Source: Azolla caroliniana (lineage: Eukaryota > Plantae > Polypodiophyta). From it: a stretch of 64,000 nucleotides of DNA. The translations under genes and the position numbers were made by a program. The stretch is from the NCBI GenBank assembly GCA_043228905.1, contig JBHGNT010000010.1:10726001-10790000 (forward strand), in the 5' to 3' direction. Below the pieces are notes generated by a model. It was not told where the DNA came from. It saw nothing but the letters and a program-made list of their open reading frames with translations, and searched no databases. Of the stretch, positions 22,366 through 34,157 are shown in pieces (the stretch's first letter is position 1; each line of letters opens with the position of its first letter).

Positions 22366-25217
22366 ATGGCTCATAATAATGACCCGATGTCATCCTCTCA
22401 AGCGGAAGGAACTCAAGGAAATCCTCCTGGGCCAATCTCCAAGCCAGTTGGAAATCATATTACCTTTTGGAGAACCAAAGCAACCAAAGTGATACTTGTG
22501 GATGGGAAGTAAAATTAATGTTGTTCAATGCCATGGTAACTGAAGTATTGCTTTATGGAGTAGAAGTATGGGGTGGCACCATCTCTCTTAATGCATGGAA
22601 CGAGATTGAGAAAATTCAAAAGATGTTTTTAAGGAGGCAATTAGGAGTTAAATGCACTACCTCTTACCAGGTTATGCTCTTGGAAACGGGTGTTTGACCC
22701 ATAGAACTATTGGCACTCGAAAGAGAATATAAATACATTACAAAAGTCAAGAATATGCCGAATCATCGATTACCACATCTTTCTTGGAATGTTGGATGTA
22801 AGCTACAAAAGAATCATAAAAGTAAGATTCTCTCATCTGGTTAGGTTGTTGACATAAAGAAATGGTTTAGAAGATGGGGTGTGGATGATCTTTTAGAGCT
22901 TTCAGGCAATGCTATGCAATATGTAATGATTGAAGAAAGGTTGGTGGAATCATTAAGGATGAAGTGGGAGGATGCTAAGAGGACAAAGCTAGAATACTAC
23001 ATTGCAAATGTCAACCCTGAATGTTGGTCTCAATATAAAGCAAGAATGTCTATTGATCGTATACAACCTTATCTCATTACCAATATGAGTAGCAATGCTC
23101 GTAGAGCCCTTACACTACTTCGCACTCGATCTCACAAGTTAGGTATAGAAGTTGCATCATGGTATCAAAATGTAACGAATTTGAAGACATGTAAAGTATG
23201 CAATGAAGGCATGGTAGAGGATGAATGTCACTTGCTCTTCACATGCTCCACATATAGTGCAATTCGTTCAAGACATGTTGACATACTAAGAGGGAGTGAT
23301 AACTTAAGATCCATACTTAAGACACCACCTAGAAGGTTGAGCTCATATGTGTATGCTTTATTAACACATAGAGACTTTGTGCTTCAACATATGAATACCC
23401 CTTCTTAGGAAGGAGACATATATCAAGAACACATGTATACTCCAGTCCCATAGGTCAAAATTGGCCTCTTTATGGACGATAAAAATTCTAATTCTAATTC
23501 TAATTCCATTGAGTCGTATTTCTTACAAATACAAAATTTCCTTAGTTCAACCACTCATCAAATGTCCGAACTTCGGCAATCTCAAAGTGCTCTCAAGGCA
23601 CGTGTCATTAGTTTACAACGTGACACTAATAGACCCGATGTGTGTCAGGGTGAATCATCATTTGTCGTAAAGCCATTTATGGGAGAAAAAAAGGAAAGAA
23701 CCGAAGAAGCAATCTACATGTGGCTGGGCCGATGGGAGTCTCATTTTGAGCTCTATACCACGCCAGATAGTACGAAGATTGCATATGTCGGCCAAGAACT
23801 AGGGGGTAAGGCCCCTGCTTGGTGGCGTGGGCTCTGAAGATTGGGGAAGTTGCCCGATACTTGGATAAATTTTGTCATAGTTTTCAAGGGCCAATTTCTG
23901 CAACCTCCCTCTCGAACCGAGGCAACACAAGCTTTAATGAACCTCTCTAATAGGAATTTTTCCTCGCTAGAAGACTATGTTCACCATGCTAGAACCCAAA
24001 TCCAAAAATCAGGTCTAGTAGGGGACAACTGGTTAATAGCTTGTTTTGTCAACGGCATCCCCAATTCGGACTATTACTGGATAGTGCACGATAAGGATCC
24101 AAAATATTTCGAAGAGACCGTTGAAATAGTTCTTCGCTATGAACGCACTTCGAAGAAGGACCATAACAAACCCAATGAAGTGGCCGAGACTAAGCAGTCG
24201 CAATTCGCTGGGAAACGCAAGACACGCAACGAATTCATGGATCGCGATTGTAAGCGACATCATCCTTTTTGCGTATTCTACAAAAAGAAGGGTCATACAA
24301 AAGAGCAATGTCGAAAGCTCCAACCGAAAGAGTACGACAACAAAACCGAAAGAGTACGACAACAAAACATAAGGTGTAGGCCATAAAGGTCAGATTCCTA
24401 ATGTCCTTCAGGTCTATATACATCATTTAAGTAATTGTCAATGTTCTTTCCTTCAATATGTATTGGGACCCAATGATTTACTACGTGCAAATGGGTATAT
24501 CAATGGATCTCCTGTGAAATTTTTGTTTGATTCGGGAAGCTCACACAACTTTGTGAAGGATCGTTTGGTTCAAATATGGGGAATCCAACCCACCATAAGA
24601 GGTCACACATATAAGGTGCACTTGGCTGATGGAAGAGTACAATACATCAACGAGGCGATTCATTCATTAGAAAATTTCTATTGATACTTATATAGAGGAA
24701 GTAGACTTCCATGTAATGAATCTTTGTACCACTTATGTAATACTGGGTTATCCTTGGTTTTTTAATAAAAACCCTTCTTTATCTATTGATTGGGTTCATC
24801 GTTCAATTACTTTTGTACTGAATGATTGTACTCATTTTATTCAATGTGTTAAAAAACAGTCTCTTTCGATTGTTTCCTTGCCATCAATATCCGAGTTGTC
24901 TTGTTCTACTTTATTTTATTGTGTACTTGATCCGGACATTCACGTTTACAATATCGATAATGTCTCGGTTCAATTAAACATATTCTGAACAACATCAACT
25001 CGATGAAATCTTAAATGATTTTCATGATGTTTTTCCGAGTGAACTACCACATGGGTTACCTCCTAAACGTAATATAGACCATCATATAGATATTGTACCT
25101 AGTGTTGCACCAATAAGTATACCTCTTTATCGCTTAAGTCGATCCGAAGAGGATGAAGTATCTAAGCTACTCAAGTACTATTTACAAATGGGTTATATAT
25201 GCCATAGTAAATCTCCA
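22366..25217 (+). pseudogene. Gypsy D gag, protease and RT start (interrupted by the LINE)
   Basis: WLGRWESHF...APAWW gag, degenerate knuckle CVFYKKKGHTKEQC, protease FLFDSGSSHNF, DVFPSELPHGLPPKRNIDHHI...SKSP; stops and frameshifts. Confidence 0.85.
22447..23505 (+). mobile_element. 5'-truncated non-LTR retrotransposon (LINE, RTE/RTEX-like ORF2 end) with (ATTCTA)n tail
   Basis: KLMLFNAMVTEVLLYGVEVWG...LLETG, RTRSHKLGIE, Zn finger CKVC..EDECHLLFTC; tail AAAAATTCTAATTCTAATTCTAATT; flanked by CCA. Confidence 0.8.
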
Positions 25218-25700
25218 TCCAACCTCTTTGGGCAGCCAATGCAACCACAATATGAATGGTAGTCATGCATGAAGTAGGTGCAAAATTTTGCTCATAATCA
25301 ATGCCATATTGTTGTGCATATCCTTTGGCAACCAATCTAGGTTTGTAGCGATCAATGCTACCATTGGACTTTTGTTTAATCTTGTAAACCCACTTAGTAC
25401 CAATGACATTCTTTCCTTTTGGCAATTCACATAACTCCCAAGTACCATTCTTATGTATGGAATCCATTTCTGATTGCATAGCACTCATCCAATGTGGGTC
25501 ATCACATGCATCTTCAAAAGTAAGTGGTTCCTCGTTACATGTTGTTGCAACAATAGAATAATCCACAAAATTATTGGATGCATGGCGAGAGCTTGATCTT
25601 GTTCTACCAAGTAAAGGTGCACTAAATTTGTTGTCTTGCAAAGTTTGTTTTAGCCACTTTGGCATAGTTTGTGCACTCTTTATAGACATGCGCTCATTAC
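25218..25700 (-). pseudogene. Inverted Copia RT N-terminal fragment replacing most of the Gypsy D pol
   Basis: EPLTFEDA..WMSAMQSEMDSIHKNGTWEL..GTKWVYKIK..YKPRLVAKGYAQ. Confidence 0.8.
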
Positions 25701-25707
25701 TGAATCC

Positions 25708-25955
25708 AATTTTCATGTGAGTTATCTAAAAAAACTTCTTGGTTTTGGCAATAATATAATTACAACTGAAACTCTTGTTACTTCTGAAGATTTAGCTTCT
25801 AAACCACATGTATTAGAGAAAATTATCGATATTAAAACAAAACATTTGCATTCTAAAACAATATGAGAATTTAAAATTAAATGGATAAATAAATCTATAA
25901 AAGATGTTACATGGGAACGAGAGTGTACCATTAAAAATAACTTCCCTAACTTCTC
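25708..25955 (+). pseudogene. Gypsy integrase C-terminus and chromodomain remnant
   Basis: FHVSYLKK...EKIIDIK...EFKIKW...DVTWE, just upstream of the PPT. Confidence 0.7.
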
Positions 25956-26615
25956 ATTACAAGAGTGCAATGATTTAAATCGGGGGAGTATGTTACGGGC
26001 ATGACCATAATATATTTTGTGGTAAGTTATACAATAGTATTCTCCATAGGAGGATAAAGTGTGAGGGTTAATCGAGAGTGTAAAGTAGGGAGGATCATTT
26101 TTAATCCTTTATGCTACCTTCATGGAAGGAAGGCATGTAAGAACCTCTTATTGGGGGTATTTGAAGTGAAGTGGAGGATGGGGTATTTGATAGCCTTCAG
26201 GAGCCCTCTGATGCAAGTGAAGAAGCTAGATACTGCTTCCTTCTTAAATGGAGAGGTTCTCCGATGTTACGGATGGTGGATGGCAATGCAAAGTGGATTT
26301 ATCAGCCACCTCGGTGGTTGTTTCCTCCTAGGGTACCAAACATAGAGGTAGGTGCTGAATTGTGAAGAGATTGGAGGGTGTCTTTGCTGAATGTGGATTG
26401 TGTGAGGCTCATGTTGAGGGGAGTCTGTCGAGTAATTATGTGACGAGGCTTTGTTGATTCATTTATACATGATGTTTTCTTGTAGCCATTGCAAAGCGGC
26501 TTGTAACATATGAGTTATATACTATCCTATGTACATTTTCTTAACTAATAGAAGTAAAAAAAATTTGGAAAAAAAAAATACAATAACAAAATGCATTTTG
26601 ACATTGTTAAAAAAA

Positions 26616-26928
26616 GGGAAAAGTACCAGGATACCCCTGGAAGTTCCTCTATTTACCAGAATGCCCCTAGAAGTTCTAAATTTACCAAACTACCCCTATG
26701 TCCAAAAAAATACACTTTATAAAGTAATTATACACTCAAATCTACAAGCCCTATTTACCAGAATACCCTTAAAACACACATTTCTTTACTTAAGAGATTC
26801 TTTGGGTCCTTTGTACTTACTTTATAAAGTGTATTTTTTTGGACATAGGGGTAGTTTGGTAAAATTGGAACTTCCAAGGGCATTCTGGTAAATAGATGAA
26901 CTTCCAGGGGTATCTTGGTACTTTCCCC
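26616..26928. mobile_element. MITE with ~110-bp terminal inverted repeats (Mutator-like ends)
   Basis: GGGAAAAGTACCAGGATACCCCTGGAAGTTC...ACTTTATAAAGTAA mirrored by TTACTTTATAAAGT...GAACTTCCAGGGGTATCTTGGTACTTTCCCC; TSD ambiguous in A/T runs. Confidence 0.85.
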
Positions 26929-27757
26929 TTTTTTTATCTCAAGCCCTAAGCTTAATTAGTTAACTAATGAAAGCTTGATTGCATTGGTGATTTCTTGTCC
27001 TAAGTCCTAAGCTTAATTAGTTAACTAATGAAAGCACATGATAAAGTCTCTTTGTGATTAAATAATTGTTAAGTTGCTTGAATTTGATTACGTTGCATAC
27101 TAGAGCGTGCTTGTTAATAGCACATGATTGTTCAAACTCACTCTCGTTCATCTCACCAAAGAAAGGCTAGACGTTGATATTTCTCCCACATCAACCTCGA
27201 GGTGGCTCTCAAGAGTAATACTTGGGTAACAGGTAGTTTTGGCAAAAACACCAAAAGACCCTATAGAGTATTTACTCTCCGTGTCAGTGTCGTTCACAAG
27301 AACCCAAGAAAACCAAGGATAGTGAGTGATTCAATGACACAATGAACTATTTATTTTGGTTTGCGCGATTGGTTCACACTATATGATTACCTACAATAAG
27401 TGCAATTGTTCTATTAAAATCCTCATTCAATGGTTCCATGTTTGTGAAAGTATTGATGGTAGTAAATGAGGTAATCATTTTGGATAACAATGGTAGGAAT
27501 AAAGATTATTCTTTTTACTACTTATTAGAGGTGGAAACCAGTCTTTGAAACTATAATAAAGGGCAATTGGCAACCACAAGTTATACATATTAAGTAGTTG
27601 TGTTGTGGCCCAGTAGGTAGATATGAGTAGCCAATCTCGGCAATGAGTAAAACATTTCATCAAATACCAAATAAGATGTGTTGTGGAATGGTGTCATCAA
27701 AGGAGATGCCAGTTATTTAAGGTTTCAGGTCTAAAAATGTTCACAATGTCCACAAGT

Positions 27758-30700
27758 TTATAGAGGTGAGTACTTGGTAGTTACTTTTGGCTCTTCATGT
27801 GCAAGCGGGACCGTTTTAACCTGAAAAAGCACCATACTTCTACTAATCAGATTGGGGAAATATATAGTTGGACTATAGCTCCATTTAGACATGCTAATTT
27901 ACAAGCTTATTGGTTATGTTAAATCTCCACTACATATACTTGAATGTCTTACCAGATCTCTATACTTCAATGCGTAGAACATCTCGATATAGCGACGCGA
28001 ATCTCGCCTTCTGAGCTTCGACACATACTTCCAGAAGCTATACACCCTAGTCAATGTCATCAACCTCTCGGCATAGATCTTCCAAGTGTACCTATATTCC
28101 ACCGAAGAATCACACAGATCAAACTATGGTTGCCACACATTTCACGAAATTATATCAAGTAACGAAACATAAATGATGAAATCGACATGCCGAGTCGTAA
28201 GAAATGCCATGATTATGTCGATAATACTCCTGCATTTGGGGGTGGTAACAATGTTCAGTGGATTTAGGGTTTAGGGTTTCTGATTTCATACTACTCCGAG
28301 GGATGAAGCTCCCCAACAGCAACGGTATTGCTCGAGGAGAGGGAATGATTTTTGTGATATTCCAAAATGCTTGAAGAGGTCCGGCATTGAGTGAGGATGG
28401 ATTAGGAGGATTGATGAGATTACCTTTCGTTGATCCGCTTGAGCCCTGCCTCGGAGATCTGCACCCAATGGCTAGGCTCGGCCTTGCATTTCTCAAAGAA
28501 GGCAATGAGCTTCTCGGTGCTTATGTCCCCTCGGAGGGGATCAATGTGGAAGCCACTCTCGCCGTCCACTATGATCTCTGCGGGGCCTCCATTACATGTC
28601 GCGAATGTAGGCAAGCCACATGTCATAGCTTCAATAACTGTCAGCCCAAATGCTTCATACAAGGCAGGCTGTGTAAGTAGACATGAACCAGGACTAATCA
28701 ATCATATCAGCTTTTGAATATATATGTATGTATATATTGCAACCCCATTAAGAGGCTTCCTTCCATACTCAAATTGTTAGTAGATTTGAATACTGAGGTT
28801 CCATGGACGATAGCATAGAAGCTATACCTGGACAAATGCACCCTTCGTGTCGGCGATGTATCGATAGAGCTCGCCATTTCGGACCCTGTTGTTTTGTGCG
28901 CGTACCCATCGGAATTCACCCTCTAGCTTGTAATCTTGAATGAGCTTGTGCATCGTGTTGATCTCCGTTATCTCTTCCCTATCTTGAGATCTGTCCGCTC
29001 TAAATTCGCCGGCTACGACAACGAGATTCACGAGGCCTCGGAGCTTGGGACTCTTTGCAAACCACTCCACGAGCCCGGTCATGTTCTTCACTTTGTCCAA
29101 GCGCGCCATGGAGAAGACAATGGGCTTCTTCCTATCTTTCAAGTAGCCACTGCACATGCATGCATACAAAAAAAAAATTAAATTTAAAATTGATTCGATT
29201 TTTAAATAAATGCATGATTTCATTCATGAATGGATGGATGGGCTTTGCATAAACATACGTGTGCTCTTCGGTATCATGAGGGTTGAAGAGCAGCTCTTCG
29301 ATCGCACCATGGAAGGCGGTCAAGCGCTTGGATGTGTTTGTGTATGGGAAGTATACGGTAGTATCGGCTCCCGGCGATACGATATTGAACTTAGGGTCGA
29401 AGACATCTATACCATTGACAACGCGGTAGAGCCCCGGCATGGTGAAGGCACCATGGCTCTCATACTGGCCCACAGTATGCTGACTGCATTTTATTTATTT
29501 ATTTTAAAGTATACAGAACTAAAGATCATTAGGACCAATAGTTTTGTTTGCTAGGGGGAAATGTATGAAAACTAGGTCAATAGTAACACTCGCACCTTCC
29601 GGCAATTTCTTGGTAGGTACTTGTGACAATGAAATCCGCGTGGTTCATCGCGATAAGGTCCGCGGTGAATTGACACGAGAAATGGTATTTCTCCTCGAAG
29701 TTCTGCCAGAATATGTCGGAGCTTGGGTACTTGGTCTTCTCCAGAGCATGTGCTATATTGCACTGCTTAGCACATCAAACAAAAAAAAATGCCCAAAAGG
29801 GCAAGGTTTCCATGTAAAAATGGGATGATGCAGTTGCATTCACTCTCTCATGATTTGAGAGTTACTCTTGACTGAAATACCTTACCTGTGTTATGCCCAG
29901 TTTGTGAGCAATCAAAGATGCAACAAGATTCCCGTCGCTATAGTTTCCGATGATAAGATCCGGTGGGCCGTGCAATTCTGCACAAATCTCATTGCCCACA
30001 TCCTGTAGCCATCAAATTAGGATAGCTCAAATAAAAAAGATCATTCTTTTTTTTTTAAGGCAGTGAGTGATCTTCTTCTTGACAAAGAAAAACAAAAAAA
30101 AAAACACATCTGTGTATGCAATCACAAAAAAGATATACCTCTGCAAAGACCTCGAGATATGGCCACACATCGAATCGCGAGATCCATTTCTGGAGAATGC
30201 CCTTCTTGCTCCGGAACGGGACCCGCAGGATTTTCGAGTGGCGTGTCCCGAGAATCGTTTCGATACGTTGGTTGCATGTAGTTCCTTTCGATTCGGGTAT
30301 CAGTCGAGTAACCTAGTAGTAGTACAGTAGTAAATCATCATCAATATGAAATCCCAGAGATATGTACAAATGCCATCAATATAACCATATAATTTCCATC
30401 ATAATTAATTCGACAGCAACTATATAGTATTGTTTGGTCATGATTGACCTATATTTTTACAGTAGTAGTTGTGCAGCTAATCAAGAAGAGTACCACTATG
30501 ATCTGAGGAATGATTTGCAGGCCTTGCTTGTTGATGCTGTCTACCATCTCATTCTCTAAAGCCCTCACTTGGTCGAGGATGTACACGATCTGCGCGTAGT
30601 AGTAACTCTTATATATACGAGAATTGTTGGAATATTGCTATGTAGAAATCCATTCGTTAAATAAACTCTACAAATCAATCGAATATTGCTACTATGTCGA

Positions 30701-32487
30701 AATCCATTCGTTAAATAAACTCTTATATATACGAATCGATCGAATATGTAGAAAATGAGTAGGGATTTGGCTATGGCAGATGTAGCAGCAGCATATATAC
30801 ATATACATACCTGGCCACCAGTGTCAGGCAATCCCAAGACATTGGCCTGCCCGAAATAGCCATGTGGTGACATTATAACAACGTTGAAGACCATGGGTAT
30901 CCGGCCCAGAAACCTCTCCAGAGTGTCGGGATCGGGGGCCTCCAAGAGGTTGAGGAGGAGATGTATCATCTCTAGACTTCGCGCTGCCGTATTACCCCAT
31001 CCTTTCTCTAGGCCCAAGGATTGCAATCTGTGCACATTATTTTTAACTCGCGCATTATGTCTTACATAATACAAATACCTGATTAGGCCGAAGCATTTGT
31101 GACATGATGGGGATCAATACTTAATTAGAACATGGGATTAATACTTAATTAGGACATGGGATCATCTTTAATTGGGAGTAATTACGAAGAGATTTTCGCA
31201 AAAACCCGACAAAATTAAGGAATGATCGAACTTCTCGAATTATACTTAATTTTAGAGTGGGCAAAAGGAATTGAGAATGAATGCAATTTTTCTTTTTTTT
31301 TTACAAAGATTTAGACAGAAGATTAATGAATGAATGACCTGCTAGCAAACTCCCTGAATGGAGTGGGGCCCGGAAGCTTCCGGAGGAGCTCTTCGGCTTG
31401 CAGCAACGCAGCTCGAGTCTTGTGGAGGTTGGGGATGAGCCCATCTCGAAGCATAAGGCTTTGGCCTTGGTGCTTGTGCAGGCGCAGGAAATCGAGGAGG
31501 GGCTGCATGCTCTCGGGATCGCGGAAGAGTCTGGACGAGAGATGGCGGTTCAGAAACTCTACTCCGTGCCCGATCGACGATGGCATTGTGAGGCGTGGGA
31601 ACGAAGCATTGAAGGGTTCGAAGTCTATCTCCAGCGTGCATGCCTCATGGCCATGCCCTACAGCCTTCATGTTCTCCTCATTCATGCTCTTAGTGCTGCT
31701 CACTAGACACTCTTTCAGCTGAAGATACTCGGAAGTCGAAAGCTTTTGCACAGCCGACCCATGTGTGTCGATTCGGATATACTCCCACACTCCCGGATTG
31801 GGCCGCACAGCAAGGGCCACCCAAGGCTCCGACACAATCAGCTCCTACCAGAGAGTAATTAGTACCAGCTTAGATTAATTAGTACAAGCTGAGATTAATT
31901 TGTAAAAGCTGAGATTAATTTGTACACAGATACACACACACAATGTTCTGATAAGGACACTTTTATTAATGGGCTGGATCCTAGGCATAATTTTAATGAA
32001 GCATTCCGAATATAGTACATTCAGTTAATTCAGGGCTTTCATTTATTTAAAGGCCAGTAGTGAGGAACTTTAGTAATTTGAAGTTATTTGTGCATGCCTG
32101 TGTCCACTGCAATATGAGTGTGAATCCCGAGACCTTCATCAAATCTTCCCTTTCCTTTGCATTTACTATGGCTCGCTCAAATTCTGCCTTCAAATCATGA
32201 GGCTGCAGGATTTTCTTGCCGAGCCTCAAGTATCTGTCACAAAATGTCAAGTTATTTCGAAGAAAAGTGAAGTCAGAAATGATTATAAAGGGACCATGGC
32301 CGCGAGATGATTAATCATGATGAAGTTGCAAATAAGGTGCCATTAGAGGTGGGGGATTAAGTGACAGATAGGTAGCGGATTACCGTGAGAGCAAAGAAAG
32401 GAGTGGGTTTCGATGCGATTGAAGAGTAGCAATGAAGGAATTAACAGCACCACTAGTCGCGCGAGTCATTACCCCGATTCCGGCCAT
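27758..32487 (-). CDS. SUS: Sucrose synthase, 13 coding exons, about 836 aa
   Basis: Exons: 32384-32487, 32098-32233, 31339-31844, 30811-31027, 30494-30589, 30139-30312, 29886-30002, 29596-29762, 29259-29483, 28828-29149, 28424-28668, 27953-28091, 27758-27820 (2511 nt, no internal stops seen). Motifs [56 protein letters not shown]; N-terminal RxxS site (MTRATS). All introns GT-AG except intron 2 (GC-AG). Confidence 0.95.
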
Positions 32488-32878
32488 CGCAAATTATATA
32501 TGTATTGGATTATTACTATTCTATGAGCTGGGGAACAACAGAGATTTGAAACTTGAGAGGATTGGGTATTGTGCGGATGAATTAAACGCAATTGGAATGG
32601 AAAATGTGGTGGGTATTAGTACTGTCTAATCAAATTAGTGGGTATTACTACTGTCTAATTAATTATTAGGGGCAGCAGAAGCAAAGATGGAGGCAGCTGT
32701 GGAGGCTGACGATGCACGCTTATTTAAAACATACCATTGATTGAGTGATGGACACTCGAAACTTACAGACCATCGCACGCATTCGAGAAATGCTTTTCTG
32801 TAACACACGAAATACAGGACAAAGTGATCATCTGTATGCGAAGGAACTCAGAAGGAATAGTAATTATTGAAGAGGCAT

Positions 32879-32880
<2 letters not shown>

Positions 32881-32910
<30 letters not shown>
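32881..32910 (-). promoter_or_regulatory. (GA)15 tract about 400 bp upstream of the SUS start codon
   Basis: Perfect TC repeat on the + strand; GAGA tracts are known BPC/BBR sites, but function here is inferred only. Confidence 0.35.
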
Positions 32911-32911
<1 letters not shown>

Positions 32912-34157
32912 ACTGCAACCATCTGTAGTCCCTCATGTCAATCAAATCAGCTCAAAAAAGGTTAGATTCGAACGATATATGAAGAATGGGCTATCCAGCT
33001 TCGATCTTTAGCTCTCTTTTTCCGTTTATAGAAACGGAGAAGCTTACATTTCTTTTCCATGGAGTCGAGTTCTTGTGAAAGGTAGATCATTGGAAATGCA
33101 GAGGAAAAGAAAGGAAAAAATGTGTCTTCTACGTTCTTTCTTTCTTTCGTTACTCACACTCAAAGAAGCCTACACCATAGATTAGGCACATACATACATA
33201 CATGCATACATCCATCCATCCATCCATCCATCCATCCATCCATCCATACATGCATGCATGCATGCATGCATACATAGACACATGGATTTCATTATTGGGA
33301 GGGTTATTGTAATTCTTCCGTTATGAACTATTTTGTAGGTTGTTTCTTAACTCTCCATGAAAGAGACTAAAGTTGAGAGTTTTTAATCTGATGATCTTGT
33401 GTGCCTATTTTGTGGATGATCTAATTGATCTAGAAGAGTTTCTCTTCTATCCAAGCTATGTGTGTTTGTTTAAGGTGATGTGATCTCAAGTGCCGAGAGG
33501 AGTTGGTGTGTCCGTCTGACATTGCACAAGAAGGAAATGCGAGGTGGGTCAATGCATTAGGGAAGTGACAAGAAAAAGAAATGCAAGGTGGATCGGGGAA
33601 TCCGGAGAATGAGTGATGGCGATAAACCATGAATGCTCCTCACTCTCACCCTCAACTGCACCCTTGATCATGTAATTGATATATGACACATACTAGAAAC
33701 AATGCATGGGGGAAGTGGCGGGGATTTATTGTTAAGAGTACCTCTGAATAGCACAAGAAACTAAAGAAGACAAAGACAACAATTATAAGGATATAAAACC
33801 AAAATAATAATTACAAGTGGAACATCTAGAAAAGACAAAATAACCATTACAAAGAAGCAACAACTATCCATTACTTCTCCTATATGTATATATCAAAAAT
33901 AGTATGTGCAACATGTGTGTGTGTAATCATATTTAGTTGTTACAATGAGTTCTTACATTGCAATAGCGTTCTTCTAATATAAAGTATTCCGTGTTCTACA
34001 TTGTTATCAAACTCCCTCTTTGTTTAGTTTCTTCCACTTTATTCGAGCATTCTAATTAAATAGTGATGAGAGCATAATTGTACAATCTAAATCTCATTGT
34101 TGCATTCTTTTACAACAAACAAAACTCTGTCCACATTCCATAAGACAAGCTCAATAC

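Larger units (their letters stand above)
9374..26108 (+). mobile_element. Decayed Ty3/Gypsy (chromovirus-type) element D hosting A2, C1, a LINE and filler DNA
   Basis: 5' LTR 9374-9827 with PBS TGGTATCAGA 9830-9839; PPT CGGGGGAGTA 25981-25990 then a diverged, truncated 3' LTR starting TGTTACGGGCATGACCATA at 25991; gag/PR/RT/chromodomain remnants between. No TSD checkable. Confidence 0.7.

Noticed and set aside
26110-26500. ORFs 26061-26345 and 26171-26365 as a gene
   Set aside because: Short, no recognisable domain or splice structure; probably decayed repeat.
28262-28279. Telomeric TTTAGGG repeats in SUS intron 11
   Set aside because: Only two imperfect units; could be chance or a telo-box, with no further support.
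27944-31722. Plus-strand and off-frame ORFs over SUS
   Set aside because: Antisense or frame shadows of GC-rich exons with no recognisable motifs.
33300-33700. Possible captured host-gene fragment at the head of the duplication
   Set aside because: Stops in both copies and no motif I can recognise; BLASTX is needed.
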